A DNA stretch of 64,000 bases from Phoronis australis. Lineage: Eukaryota > Animalia > Phoronida. Location of the stretch: NCBI GenBank assembly GCA_002633005.1, contig NMRA01000133.1, positions 614,627 to 678,626 of the forward strand, read 5' to 3'. This document shows positions 11,655 through 25,054 of this stretch, piece by piece. Numbering within the stretch: the first letter of the stretch is position 1; each line of letters opens with the position of its first letter. The position numbers were made by a program, and so were the translations under genes. Below the pieces are notes generated by a model that made no database searches, was not told the origin of the DNA, and worked only from the letters and a program-made list of their open reading frames with translations.

Positions 11655-14600
11655 TTACGTTAAAATTCCCTTTTTTCCTGCTTTGCCTGCCTTAGTAGCT
11701 GACGTTCTCGCTTTGTAAATTACATATGTTATGTAAAAGACCATCACAGTTAGACCTGTTGGCCAGGAGAAAATGTAGTCATAAAAACCGACGTGTTCCT
11801 TTCTCAACTCAATAAGCTCGGTCTCAAACTGCACAGTGGAGTCCGCGGGGATGACGCCGGGAATTCCTTTTGAGCCGTATGCCAGATGAGGAGGAACTGT
11901 TATTTTACGAATTTCACTGTAAAATAGAAAACGTTTTGCACGATGAGTGTAACTAGAATCAAGCCAGTGGAGAAATAGAATGTTTCCACTACGCAAACTG
12001 TTCCCCTCTCGTGGACCCGTATTCCCACTCCGGAGCTGTTTTGCGCGCCTCGCGGACACTTTTGCTCGTTTATGGACCAAGGCTCCTCACCGTTCTGCTC
12101 TATCGCGCCACTTCGCAGAACATGTTGTAGAATCTCTTCGGGCAAATCAACTGAAAAGTCTCTACTTGTTAGCATATTCCCAACAATTTTCCATCATTTG
12201 CAATTTTAAAACAGAATTAGTTTTCAACTACTGTCTTTAAGCTATAAAACGAAAACTAAAAAGTCGAATGTTTGTATATTGATAATGGATACACCGAACA
12301 TGCAATCAGCTTGCACTCAACAAATATGCCTTGATCCCATGAACACGAGTATTGATAAAGAATCCATATTTTTACAATGAAAGTTTATGAAATTAATAAC
12401 ATTCGTTGAAAGGAAGAATGCTTGGATTTCATATTTAAATAATTTATTGAAAAAATGTAAAAGCAAACTTGGGATGGTAACACGAACAAGTTCACAAGCT
12501 TGATCGACGATTTAGTTCGTGAGCATAGTAGTAAATCTAGAATCTTGAACCCTGTTTTGGTGACTTCAGTGCCTGTCACCCCTATTCAAAATGTACCCCC
12601 CCCCCCAAGAGGCAGAAAGCATCCTCACTTTGTCAGGATCCCGTGATTTGACGATGATGGGCAGTCTTTCACGCGTTATATGATGTATGCTGAAAAATGG
12701 GTAGTGGTTTGGTCGAGGCATGATCACAGTGAAGTATTTTCACGAGACAGAAGGACGAGTGAAAATACATCATTCTGATAATGCTGAGACCAAATCACTA
12801 TTTCAGCACACGTCGTATAAACTTTTCATACCACACAGTTGGTCATTTTTCATCGTGTTTCTTTGCCCGGACTAGATTTCTTTCCCGCGTAGGTATACAC
12901 GTCATGAAACGTTCGTCCACTTAAATTATCTAGGTCGAAGAAAAACAAAGGAGCAGAATCGGTCGATAATCTTTAATTTCTTAAGTTTCAAACTAGCAGA
13001 CGAAGATAAGAACAAGGTAAACACACTTTTGATACTCATCGAACTTTTTTGACAACTATGGAACTGGAATTACAACGAATTCAGCTGTACACAGGTCAAC
13101 GCTAACACAAGCTATCTTGACTCAGTGGGACGGCGGTAAGAGTGAGCGAACGATATTGTTTAAACTACAGAAGCGATGTTTGCATCTATATATAATGAGT
13201 CGTATAAATAAAAGTTTTTGAAGGAGTTTAATTGGATATTGTTACTGTTATTTTTTACACCACAAAATAATGAAAACAGCGCTACTATAGTTACCACTGC
13301 AGTTTTAATTTATAAAGATCATTTTCACCGGCTTTGTTTACAAGCTGTTTTCCCTCCTTAGGCTGACCGGACTCGTGCACCGAACATCCCAATAATCTGT
13401 CATAATAACCCAGGCAGTTTTAAAAAGCTGAGCACCTACGCGAATTTGGAGAATATTTTAGCCTGAATTAGCTGTTATAACTTTAGACATGTCCAATGTG
13501 TACTGATAGCTACTTACCCCAAACACATGCCCACGATCCCTTGTTCCCATCCTGAAAATAGACCGATTGGCGCTGTGAATTTTACCACCAGTTTGGTAAG
13601 CAGAGCAGGAGTACTTAGTGGACACTATCACTCATTCAGATGAAGCTCTTATAAGTCAAGACTTTTAGAGACTTTATGGTTATTTTCTACTCAAGTCGAG
13701 GCGCCGCCTATGGCTCAGGAATCCGGTGACAAAGTGATTTTAAGAAAATCATGGAACCAACAGTTACTCAATCAAATTTCAGGCGCAAATTTAGAGTTTT
13801 TTTGCTCACTAATGTGACATTTTCTATCATTTTCTTTTTCATGAGCTCTACTTTCACTTACGACGTTTTCTAAAAATACATTTGAAAAATGACCCTTGTT
13901 TCAAAGAAAATAGTAAGGATCTTTTCCCGCAACGCTCTTAATTTAAAGACTTCGTCCCAATTTATTTTCGATAATTTCAAAAATTCAACTCTCGGTATAC
14001 ATCGAAGCTAAATGTGACGTAGACATGACGTTAAAATACCAGAAGGAAAGTTAGAGCTTGCACAAAATAAACAAATGCGCTGAAAATTTAATGAATTAAA
14101 ATGGTTCATTCCCATTTGGGACTGTTCATGCAACCAGCCATATGACCGTGACCATTGAGTCAATGAACTTAAACCTCACGCCACTGTATCTAGAGTCAGA
14201 CAAGTAGTATAGGCTTTGATCCACGCAGCGCGTCTCTCTCTGGTACAACTCTCAAACTAAGAACTATCACTGTACAGACCCTTACGACCGATACATCAAA
14301 TGAATGCCCTACCTGAAAAGTATTGTTCAGCTAAAACGCCCAAAACGAATCAAGTTGTTCGCTGTGGGTGGTCCTTGCTTATACATGTCTATTAGACTGA
14401 AGTGTTAGTGACTCTCGTACAGGTATGTCTATAGTTCTAAACCATAATTTGGTTTTAAAATTTTAAGTGAGCTGCAATTAATATCCGGGAATGGTGTGTG
14501 GTCTCTCGACAATATTTTAAAGTCTGGACGTTGCATTTACAGGTCCTGTCTGCTGTATATTGGTTACGTCCACACGATTTGGCCTGCGATCACACAACAG

Positions 14601-17600
14601 CTCTAGAAGTTAAATTGGTGCCTCACCCCAAACTTGTGACTCAGATATAATCAGAAAAATTTGTGTTAGGTTGCTAAATTGAGAGATTAAGAAATAGAAA
14701 CAAGAAATATCTGGGTTTTCCCGTTTTGATCATTTTGGTCAGATGCATACCACGAGCTCGCTTGAATTCTCCCAGCTTAAACGGGTAGAGAGGGGTGCTT
14801 GAATCCCGCGAGTTTTCAAATGCATCTCTGTCGAGTAACGAAGCCTGGAAAAGAAATTTAATATTAAGGGAAAATCCATTCTCTATGTCACACGTGGCCA
14901 GCAAAGCATATCTAGTGCCCGTAAGGAACTTTCGCAACTTTGGCGTATTGTATTTACACAATTACAAATCTAAAAAGAACAGTAGTTGGACATTAATTGG
15001 GCAAGAAATCAGTAATCAAGGATACAGAATTCTGTGGACTCACTAGACACTCAGTTTACATCAGGACGTTTTTTCAAACAATAAAGTGTACGAAGAACGT
15101 TGTCATTGTAGGCATATAGCCACTTTGATACCGGGTCGTTTTACAAATCAGGTATTTTCTGTTTTCTGATGTTATGCCTCGCATGTATAAATATGTATGA
15201 TTTTAGGACTATAGAGGTGCATTAGCTCTTCAGAGTGTAAGGAAACGGCACATCGTCGCAAACGTCCAAAATGTTTCGAGAAAGCAAATATTGACTAGGG
15301 AAGAATACGGTCGAATCGCAAAATACCAAAGATATGCGATACGACACTATGTATGTATACCTTTTTAAAGGTTGGCCGAAATCGCCTTTGAAATGAAGGA
15401 TTTGTGCAATTCCGTTCACGGATGCGTGAAATTCAAGATCTGGCAAGAATTCCAAAAAATACGGTCAAATCGCAGATGCTGACGATATACGTCACGGCAC
15501 CTCGTAGGAATACTTTTTGAGCTTTGGTCGAAATACCAGGACTTTCGCACAGAAGAGTATTTTGAACCAGCATGAAATGGGTGGGTGAAAATAAAGGATT
15601 GGTCAAATTCAGGAAAATACGGTCGATTCGCAAAACGGCTATGACAGGCGCTATGGCAAATTCCCAAGCATGCGTTTGAAAGTTTTTGAGATCAGCATGC
15701 GTGTAAATGGATGGGTGCTTAAGATCAGGCAAAATACGTCAAGTGTCGACAATATGCGCTACAGCGATTCACACACGTACTTGCTTAGTGTTGGATCGAA
15801 ATTACCGTTGAATTGCGCGCGGAATAGCATTTCCCTATATGTAGGCTGGAAAACCAAGAACGAGCCGCGCAAAAATTCATGAAAATTTGGTCGAATCCCA
15901 AGATGGCGACGACATGCACTTTACTTGAAAGCATGATTTTCTGGAAGTTTGGTCGAAGTCCGCTGAGAAATGAAAGAGGAATTGCGACAGGAAATCATTC
16001 TTCTTTGCACAGACACACAGACGGACGGAAAGACATCCGGCCACCACGACTACATCCCCTTTGCCGTTGGTGGGGGAACAATAAGGATGAAGCGGTTTAT
16101 TAAGTAAAAATGGCACATATGAGCTTCATTCCGACCACAGTACAATTGACAATTCAAGACAAAACGTGTTAACCTGCCTTATGTTTTACAACTCAATTTT
16201 ATACGACGCTGCCGTAAATAGTGTCATTCTTCAGTCGCCATTTGCGTGATGCCTGATGCCATTTGGTGCTAGACTTGTTACCGATCGAACTAGCTTGAAT
16301 ACATAATAGAATTGAAGAAGTTAATCTACAGGGCCCAGTTGCATAAACGTTATACGTGCTATAGCAACAATGACGTCGCATTATCACGTATCACGCTGTT
16401 GTTGTTGAACAATGCACCTGACGTCATGCAACAATCAAACTTATCCAGCGGATAACTTTTGAAGCATTATGCAACTCATCCCAGCTGTAAGCAACTCAAC
16501 TCTTAATTTAAATGTTTAAATTTTCGTTTTCAATAGTAGTTGTTATTTCTCAGCTTATTTTAATGTTATCGTCCTGGAGTACTGACTTAAGACAGATTTT
16601 TGGTATTACGTTCTAACTTCACAATTGCTGAAAAAAAGAATTAGTCAGGTAATTATGAGTGCGTCACTGTCTAGAAATAATTTATAGACGCTATCTCAGT
16701 ACATAGCAGTTACGTGTTTCAAAGGCATTGCATTTTTGCTCAAGTGACATTTAGTTATTTTTCGGATATAGTTGTGTGGTGCATGAGACCAAATTTCTGT
16801 CTTAAGTCTTTGTCACTTTTCCTGAAACAGGCCCTAGGATATGGGGACGTGAAACTCACCTTGTAGTGAACTTTGACCGTGTCCCCGAGCGAGGCTTCCT
16901 CCGGGCAGTCGTCGGGCCTGGACTAAATGGACATCGATAAATGNGGCGAAGAATTACAACTCCACTTTTTTGGTTGCCGTTAATTTTATCACCGCGTGCG
17001 CGATAACCACAAAGCATGTCAACTGAATCCCGTGAGTTAGGCGCAAGGTTAGCGCGAGACTGAGCGAAGCGCGTGACGCTAGCGCGCGACACTTGTACTA
17101 TAGCATGAGAAGGTATCGGGTGAAACTTGTAAGATGTGTGTCCCTTGGACTTTTTATTCGTCAACATGCGTAATTTCACGTAACTTAAGAAGTTAATCTA
17201 CAGGTCCCAGTTGCACAAACGTTATACGCGCTATAGCAACAATGACGTCGCATTATCACGCATCACGCTGTTGTTGTTGAACAATGCACCTGACGTAATG
17301 CAACAATCAAACTTATCCAGCGGATAACTTTTGAAGCATTATGCAATTCAGTCCAGCTGAAAGCAGCTCAACTCTTAATTTAAATGTTTAAATTTTCGTT
17401 TTCAATAGTAGTTGTTATTTCTCAGCTTATTTTAATGTTATCGTCCTGGAGTACTGACTTAAGACAGATTTTTGGTATTACGTTTTAACTTCACAATTGC
17501 TGAAAAAAGATTTAGTCAGGTAATTATGAGTGCGTCACTGTCTAGAAATAATTTATAGACGCACTTAGCAGTTACGTGTTTCAAAGGCATTGCATTTTTG

Positions 17601-20529
17601 CTCAAGTGACATTTAGTTATTTTTCGGATATAGTTGTGTGGTGCATGAGACCAAATTTCTGTCTTAAGTCTTTGTCACTTTTCCTGAAACAGGCCCTAGG
17701 ATATGGGGACGTGAAACTCACCTTGTAGTGAACTTTGACCGTGTCCCCGAGCGAGGCTTCCTCCGGGCAGTCGTCGGGCCTGGACTAAATGGACATCGAT
17801 AAATGTAGCTAGTTCACGTTGAGAAAATTTTCTCAGTAAGAATATTTGATATACTTATAACTTCAACCACGCCTGAGACGAAAGGTTCTCAATCGTTTGC
17901 ACCTGTGCTTAAAACAATTGAGCTGGTTGCAAACATTTTAAAGGAGAATGCCACCCCAAAACAACCTATTTTGTATCAATTTAGATCGAGTAGTTCTACT
18001 CGACAACGGCACGTTCGGTTGCGTTACCTGACACCTGACACTACACGGAGGTGTTGAAATTATCCAATGACGTAATTGGTTTCACACACAGTCTGTTCAG
18101 CAGTTCACAACACGGGTTACTGGTGTCAGCTTATCGCTTGAATTCATCGTTTAACACCAATAAATCATCAAACTTCGATATAAAACCCTTAAAAATACAC
18201 CGAGTTCTCATGAAAACGAGTTGTTTTATTTCGCTGTTAGAGATTTACTGATATTTGGACACACCGTAGCCTACAAAGTTCGGCAGGCCAATTTACCGAG
18301 ATCCGTAGCACTGAGGAGTTTGGGGTTTGTTCGGAGATAAATTCGAAGTATTCTTCCGTGAAATACAGTCAAGAGTACCTAGATCTGCGTTGTTCTACTT
18401 GCGATTTTTAGAGTTCTAAACACACAAAACGTTTGTTATCCCGGCTAGTGGCTCGCAACCCGATCAGGCCAGGGCCGTCGCGGCCGGACTGACTCGTTAT
18501 CTCAGCCAGTGGCTCGGAACCCGATCAGGCCGGGCGTCGCGACCGCCGGGACTGGCACGAGCATAAACCAGCTTGAGTTGGAAACTAAACCTCCAGTCAC
18601 GAAAAGACTATAATAATGAGCCAAAGAAATGATTGTGCAAGTAATTATTTAGGTGAATTAGCCACGAAACTGAAAATCTACTTACTTGTCGGGGGCCGCG
18701 ATGTCGGGTTCCCCTTCCAAAGACCTTCATGGCAAAGGTTGTACAGTAACAATGATTTGAATAATGTATTTGTATTTCTAAATAAAGATTTCCCTAACAT
18801 GTAAACATAAAATCGAGTAATTGTTTCGCAACAGCTTTCTGTCCGCAAACACTGAATTAGCATGCGCTCGGTGCCCGGCATCAAGGGCCGGCGGCAGTGG
18901 TTTATTCATTGCTGGCTTCTCAAAACATTTGCACTCACGAGCACTCTAAGTCATTACGAATTGTATCTAATGAGACAGACTTTGTTTCAGTTTCATATAA
19001 ACATTGGTTAGGATGAGAACAATTCATTTTGAAACAGCGTCTACATGGCAACTCGCCCCGCGTCAATCCCGACTTAGTCAAGAGCTCAGGCGACGAAGAC
19101 TTCACGGGTCGGATCGTTAGGTTTCACAGGCTATCAGTTCGAACCGGAATACACTGATCAAGACATACTAGAGAGGCGCCGTGAACATGCACAGGCAACG
19201 GAAGTACGAATAGTTCTTTGGTATGCCGGAATTCGTCAGAGAAATCACTGTCGGCGAATTTATGCGGGCCACAGACACCGAGAAGTTTCACGGCCTCCGA
19301 ACAACCTACCTTTCATTCTTCACTACCGCGAGCCACTTCCTAAGCATTTCGGGCTCTCGAGGAAGTCGAAAAAACGACATACCCGCTTTCTTCGCAGCTT
19401 CATATAGTTCGGACAAACGGGAACGATGCACCGCAATATAGCGGCATTCACTCTGCAGGCGAACCACTGATGTCGCTGCGTTGTTTCTCACTTTCCTCAC
19501 AGGTTTACGCGACACCTTTCGGCAAGGTGAGGTCGACCGTGTAAGAGACGATGTGGATATAGACCGATTAAGACGGTAAAAAGACTAATTAAATCGGGTG
19601 GCATTCTCCTTTAAGTGTGTTCAACACGCCACCTGTTGGCCACGTCGCGTAACCGAAGATTTACATATTCGTTTAGCAGGTTGCTAAAGGGAAAATTTAT
19701 ATTATCAGTCGTGAAGTCCCAGTAAACGCCCTGACTGTAATTTTCTGTCTCATGGCGTAGGACAAAAGCTAAATAACACCTGTTCTTCAGTATCCAAGGT
19801 GTGAATCTTACTGACAGTGTTGACCTCGAATTGCTACCGAGGATTTCATGAGATGAATGTCTTCAGCTGGGCTACAGTGGATTCTTACCTTGTGCGCGTA
19901 TTTAGGCCATGCGCCTCAGTACGGAATTAGGCGAAGGACCTATGTGTGAAGCACCAAGTTGTACTAACGAGCGGTATTTCTTTTGTCATGCGAGTAAAAT
20001 TTGCCTTGTTTTCGCTAATTAGAAAGAATATAAACACACACAGCAAGTTTGACATGCACATTTATACAAAGGATAGCATCTAAATTCACTTTGAAAATTA
20101 CACTTGAGTTTGTGTTTAGGCTCGTGGGTCACAAATATGATAATTTCAGTTTCCATTACTCCACACTTTTTTACCAAACTTCACACATCACGTGACTAAA
20201 TGAAGGAAGTTAGTGAAAACCAACGCCGAAGAAACGCTTCGTTCCGTTAAATTGCGTTTATCCACGACTTGGCGCATGGTAGACCAAGTGCTCTTATGAA
20301 ACATAACTTATTATAAGCATACTTCACTCTCGTGGCTGAGTTCGCTCACTTGGCGGAAACCTATTTTCCTATTTGTTATACTGAAGATGAATGTCCATAG
20401 ACAGACCTTTCATTGGCTTACCAAGATTTCAATCTCGACTTTTGGCATGTGGTCTTCCTTGGCACTAAGAGCCGTAGACGTAATGACTGAGAAGTACGCC
20501 AGTATTACACGTGTGTAATGAACCTCCAT
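11655..20529 (-). CDS. FKBP11: FKBP11-like ER membrane peptidyl-prolyl isomerase, 186 aa. Exons 20529-20422, 17784-17722 (duplicate copy 16922-16860), 14844-14751, 13551-13518, 11916-11655
   Basis: Spliced product: MEVHYTRVILAYFSVITSTALSA-KEDHMPKVEIEIL|SRPDDCPEEASLGDTVKVHYK|ASLLDRDAFENSR...FKLGEFKRAR|GWEQGIVGMCLG|EIRKITVPPHLAYGSKGIPGVIPADSTVQFETELIEL, then a TM helix and Lys-rich tail. Signal + single FKBP domain + TM + basic tail and the 34-nt GMC exon fit FKBP11. Phases 0,0,1,2 are consistent. Confidence 0.85.
12676..12820. repeat. ~145-bp imperfect palindrome, probably a non-autonomous DNA element
   Basis: ttatatgatgtatgctgaaa..tagtggtttggtc..gtattttcac is mirrored by gtgaaaatac..gaccaaatcacta.ttcagcacacgtcgtataa. 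Confidence 0.6.
15208..16084 (+). mobile_element. Helentron-associated (HINE-like) non-autonomous element in FKBP11 intron 2
   Basis: Internal subrepeats 'aaaatacggtc.a.tcgca' near 15300, 15456, 15613, 15730 and 15883. They are followed by a short cacaga/gacg microsatellite and a terminal cccc...gggg hairpin with an A-rich end. Family is inferred. Confidence 0.5.
16315..17805. repeat. Direct duplication across the N at 16944 (16315-16943 ~ 17187-17805); contains FKBP11 exon 2
   Basis: Near-identical ~620-bp copies with scattered SNPs and small indels; copy 1 ends exactly at the gap. Confidence 0.9.
17942..19610. mobile_element. Internally deleted Kolobok-type DNA transposon in FKBP11 intron 1
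   Basis: Perfect 15-bp TIRs AGGAGAATGCCACCC (17942-17956) / GGGTGGCATTCTCCT (19596-19610), each flanked by TTAA. Frameshifted THAP remnant on - strand ~19447-19200 (MPLYCGA..SFFRLPREPEMLRKWLAVV..VCGPHKFADSDF). Confidence 0.85.
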
Positions 20530-21948
20530 CGTGAGTGTATGTGCAATAGGGTTCGGGTATCGTGTGCGAAGTAACAGGTTTTACCGGCAAATTGCGAACC
20601 CATGCTGCTTTCAAGATGTGTGAAATTTGTTTTAATACATGTGTAATACGGGTAACTAATGACACGCGACGGGAGCAGGTTTATTGATAAGCCTGTTGGG
20701 GGTATTATGACGAGAGACTTAAACGCTTTTATCAGCACTTTTGTTTTCGACTTGACTGAAAATCTGTAGTTCTCCGACGAAAGTGTAACACAATGATGCT
20801 TCTATCTAATAGCTGGTGTGATTTTGGAATTAACAAATAGCGTAATCTAGGGAGTGATTCAAGAGTTAGCATACTGATAAGTGTATGGCGTTTTCAAAAG
20901 ACGGTTTGCGACTTCGTGGACACAAACTTGCGTTTCCGGTCAAAAAATAACTTGAGTAGTGTTCTCATGGTCTAGAAGCCACCCACTCACCACAGCCTAC
21001 CCGCTGTAGCCATCCGCTGGCATAGGGTACCCACAGCGGACCTAGGCATTCTTAGTGGCTTAAAGTTTTTTGGTTGTTTCACGCTGAGGTGGCCACCCTG
21101 AAGCATTTTGTCTGACTTGAAAATATGCAAATTATGGTCGCCTTTATACAAAGTTCTATTTTTGCTTTTAACTTCCTTACAAGGCATGGACGGCAGGTAG
21201 ATTATTTTGGTGTTTTACGGATGTTTCGACGGTCAGTAATTTGATGTACTATTTTGCAGATGGACAAATCACGAATTTGCACAATCTGCTATGTAAATTA
21301 AGGGCGCCATTACTGAGAATTCTACTTGTGCTTATAGTTTCGGTGTCGAGACACCACAGAGAAACTGATATTACTTCAGGACTGACATTTCATTATTGCT
21401 TAAGACTATGCTCGGAACATTCAACGATCCGCCGTCACTTGTTGGGCAATAAGTGTCCGTTCTCACCATGTCCAAAAATCACCTTTATTCTGACTATGGA
21501 ACCATTTTCGACCGCTAGGTCTAATTCAAAAAATAATTTATGTATTGAAAGACGGGTTTAAGGCGTTTTAAGATATTAGACAAACGTTTGTCTTTTGCAT
21601 TCAGATCCCCAACAAATGGAGCAAAAATCGCTATGATTCATAACCTCGTCATGTTGACGTCTGCTTGCCTGCGAACTCACGTTGTTTGTGCCGGGCTTGA
21701 TACATAGGTTTATTGATACATACCTGCCATTGTCCCAAATTCTTACGGAAAGTATAACCCAGAATTTCTAACAATGCGTAAAACAACTTGCCAATGTAAA
21801 GGAATGTTGACTTTGCAATTCTAGTGTAAAACCTATATCGACGAACATATTGATCAGGACAATCAATTTTGTTCAACGGGTCACGTGTCTCACTGAAAAC
21901 TGGCCGGGACAACCAAGTATGGTTTTGAGCGTTCATTAAAACCAAGTG

Positions 21949-24855
21949 ATGTTGTTTACAAGTTTTGCAGTGTTTTCCCTTATTTCAGCAGGTAAGAATT
22001 ATTGAGTCAGACGTGTTCTATTCGACATTTTGTCACCTCCCTGGACGTGAATCGTTCATTCCCGCACGGTTTCTATCTATGAGTTTTTGAAGTATCTTTC
22101 TGTACTGGCCAGCGTTGCTAAACAGCATTTAGTCTCGCGAGTATTGACGTATTGATGACGATGACGTTGTAAATTCATGTGGCTAACATTCTGTACCGAC
22201 AAATGTCAGCCAAATGTCGTTTCTTGCACGCTGGGAAATCAAACATACCAGGGGCCCTGAGAACATTGCCACACTTAACCTAAAAACGTGGAACGTGGTC
22301 TATGTTTCAACTGACATGTTCATTAACACACCTAGAGCAAAATTTACACTTTATATTATGGTTTTGTTCCAGCGTGTTCGATCCCGGTAGAGTAAAATAT
22401 ACAGCAATTGACGATCAACCGTATTCCATATAACAACAATTAATATCCTTCTACGAGTCATGTTGGTCACCTTCCGCTAGTCTCCTATGATTTGGTTGAT
22501 ATTAAATTAATATTTACACCTCCCAGTAGTCCCTATGCTGTTATAGTGACATAGCCAAACTTTGTTACAATACGACCGTAAGTTCCATAAACTAGTAGCC
22601 CTATAAAACTTTTTAAAATGGCAAAAGTTGTAAGTATGTTTCGCTGTATTTAAAATGGGCATTCTCGTCGTACTTTCCTGCTAAAATCCCAAACGCTAAG
22701 TCACTGAAGCTGACAAAAAATCCGCGAATTAACCAAATTAGTGTCAATGACCATTCCCATTAATCTAATCAACGAATTCCATTTGGCTAATGGTGTTACC
22801 GTATGAAATTTGGCACGTTAACCAAGTCAAAGGGTTCCACCCCAAACATGAACAAAAGACATGCTTTTCGAAGATGGCGCTGCAGTACTTTTGAAGTTCA
22901 ACAAAACATAAAAGGATCTGCTCAGTACAGCGTTCTGTGCAAAGCAGCAAGGTGCCGATGGAGAGCTCATATCAGCCGTGATACTGGGTATAATGATGCT
23001 GATTTGCAAAGGAAAACTTTTTAAATCAGGAATACTTCTAAAACATGTTGTAGGGTATTTTACTTTCCACCAACGTAAAACGTACAGACACAAATAATGT
23101 GTGCATGACTCATTTCGTACTAGTCAAATGAAAGCATAACTATCAATCTAGAGAAAACTATGTCGAGTGTGTTGGTTTATTCCAAGTGCATTTATATTCA
23201 CTGCTTTACTCTGAAACCTTAGTAATGAGTACTGAGGATTCTCCAATCATCTAAGTACTCGTACAAATACACTGGTAACTTTACTAAACTTCTACAGAAG
23301 AAAGTTACACTTGGTCATTTTGTAAGAAATACATAGAATTTCCAACTCGTACGTAGTTTCTATGACATCAAAAATTAGATGCAAGGCCATTAAGGCAAAA
23401 AGTGTTGAGTTTGGTTTACAATGTGACGGACAAGTGACATTTCATTTTTGTCAAATTTCTCAACAAATATAATTTTGCTTTTAGCATGGTATGAGTGGCG
23501 TGGCTATTACGAAACAACATTGGGTAAATTTTTGAGCATTTGAAACAATGTGGTAAGCCTCTGAAAAATAGAAATCGAGAAATTTTAGCAAAAATTATTT
23601 TTCTACCAAATTGAAGAATTTTTACTCGATGCATTTCATAAATACTGGACTAAAATACAAGTCAACTGAACGTTTTCGAATTTCTCTGTCAGTTGCCGAA
23701 CTCGCGTTTCGCATTGTTTTGACCTAGCGCTACCATGAATCTTACAACTCCCGAGTTTGACGAGTAGATTTTGTTGAGATGTAAAGATCTCCTCCCACTA
23801 TCTGAGTTTAGAAGCATCACTTACGTGTTATGAATTATTAAATTATTTCAAAGCACTCATTTCATCAGTCTAATTGATTATAACATAGCACGACCAATAA
23901 CTTTAATGGGAGCTTTCATATTTTTAATGATAATTTGATGCTGTCTCATTTGATTGTTTAATACGTCTACCCCAGTGGCAGATTACATAAAGTTACAACG
24001 TGTTCACAACAATGGGCAATTAATGAATCACTTGTTTACTAATATTCCTTATGGCCCCTATCAGGGGCTGCATCGAACCTTTGACATAGCCGTGAGTTTA
24101 CCAGGGAGCTGAGGTCTTACCAAACTTCACAGAACATCGCAATACTCATAAAAACTTTATCACGGAACCTAAACCACAATCACGCACAACTACGCTTTCC
24201 ACATAGTTATTAGCAGGTCAGTAACCGACGAATTTTGTGAGGGATGACGAGAGTGCCTCTACCGTAGGAAGGCTAAGATGCATGGTATGAGTGTTCGTGG
24301 TCCGTCGTAAAGCTTTGATTAGGACAAAGTAAATGGTATTGGTGGTTCTGGTTCTTTTGAATTTAATGCGATGATGCGGTAGCTTTTAGTTATCCGTCTT
24401 TTCAAAAAAGAAAAATCACCCAATGACGTGCGGGATTGTTTTTTTGATGTGTGTCTAGATATTTATTGTTTTCCACATCCGGGCGCAATTTTAAAATGAA
24501 TAGGGCGCAAACTAGAATCAATTATCACCCCTAATCTATCATACAATTAATTCAACACGTTTTGTTCAACAGCCATCTTCATCTGTATTTAGAATCATGA
24601 ACAGTGCATTTCACCATTGGTTTCAGCCAGCGCAATAACATGCTACGAAGACAAATGTGAATCGTCCGTAAAGAAACCCTGTTCACTCTTCGTTGGTTGG
24701 AAGGCAAAACGAGTCGTGTGCAACCATACATGTACGATAACAGTAACAACCAACAAAGGTACAACAGTGATTATGTCGCCATGACCGCTGTCGTCACAGT
24801 TTCATTCCTTCCCCATCATCATCATCACCATCATCATCATCAATCGTCATCAATC

Positions 24856-24887
<32 letters not shown>

Positions 24888-24898
24888 CAATCGTCATC

Positions 24899-24929
<31 letters not shown>

Positions 24930-25014
24930 GTCATCATCACCATCACCCTCATCACCACTACCACCATCATCACCATCATCACCATCACTGTCATCATCAT
25001 CACCATCATCACCG

Positions 25015-25054
<40 letters not shown>

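Noticed and set aside
11917-12080. N-terminal part of the 141-aa ORF as FKBP coding sequence
   Set aside because: Intronic read-through; the real exon starts at the acceptor at 11916.
19306-19515. Functional THAP gene
   Set aside because: Frameshifted fragments inside TIR/TTAA boundaries; a transposon remnant.
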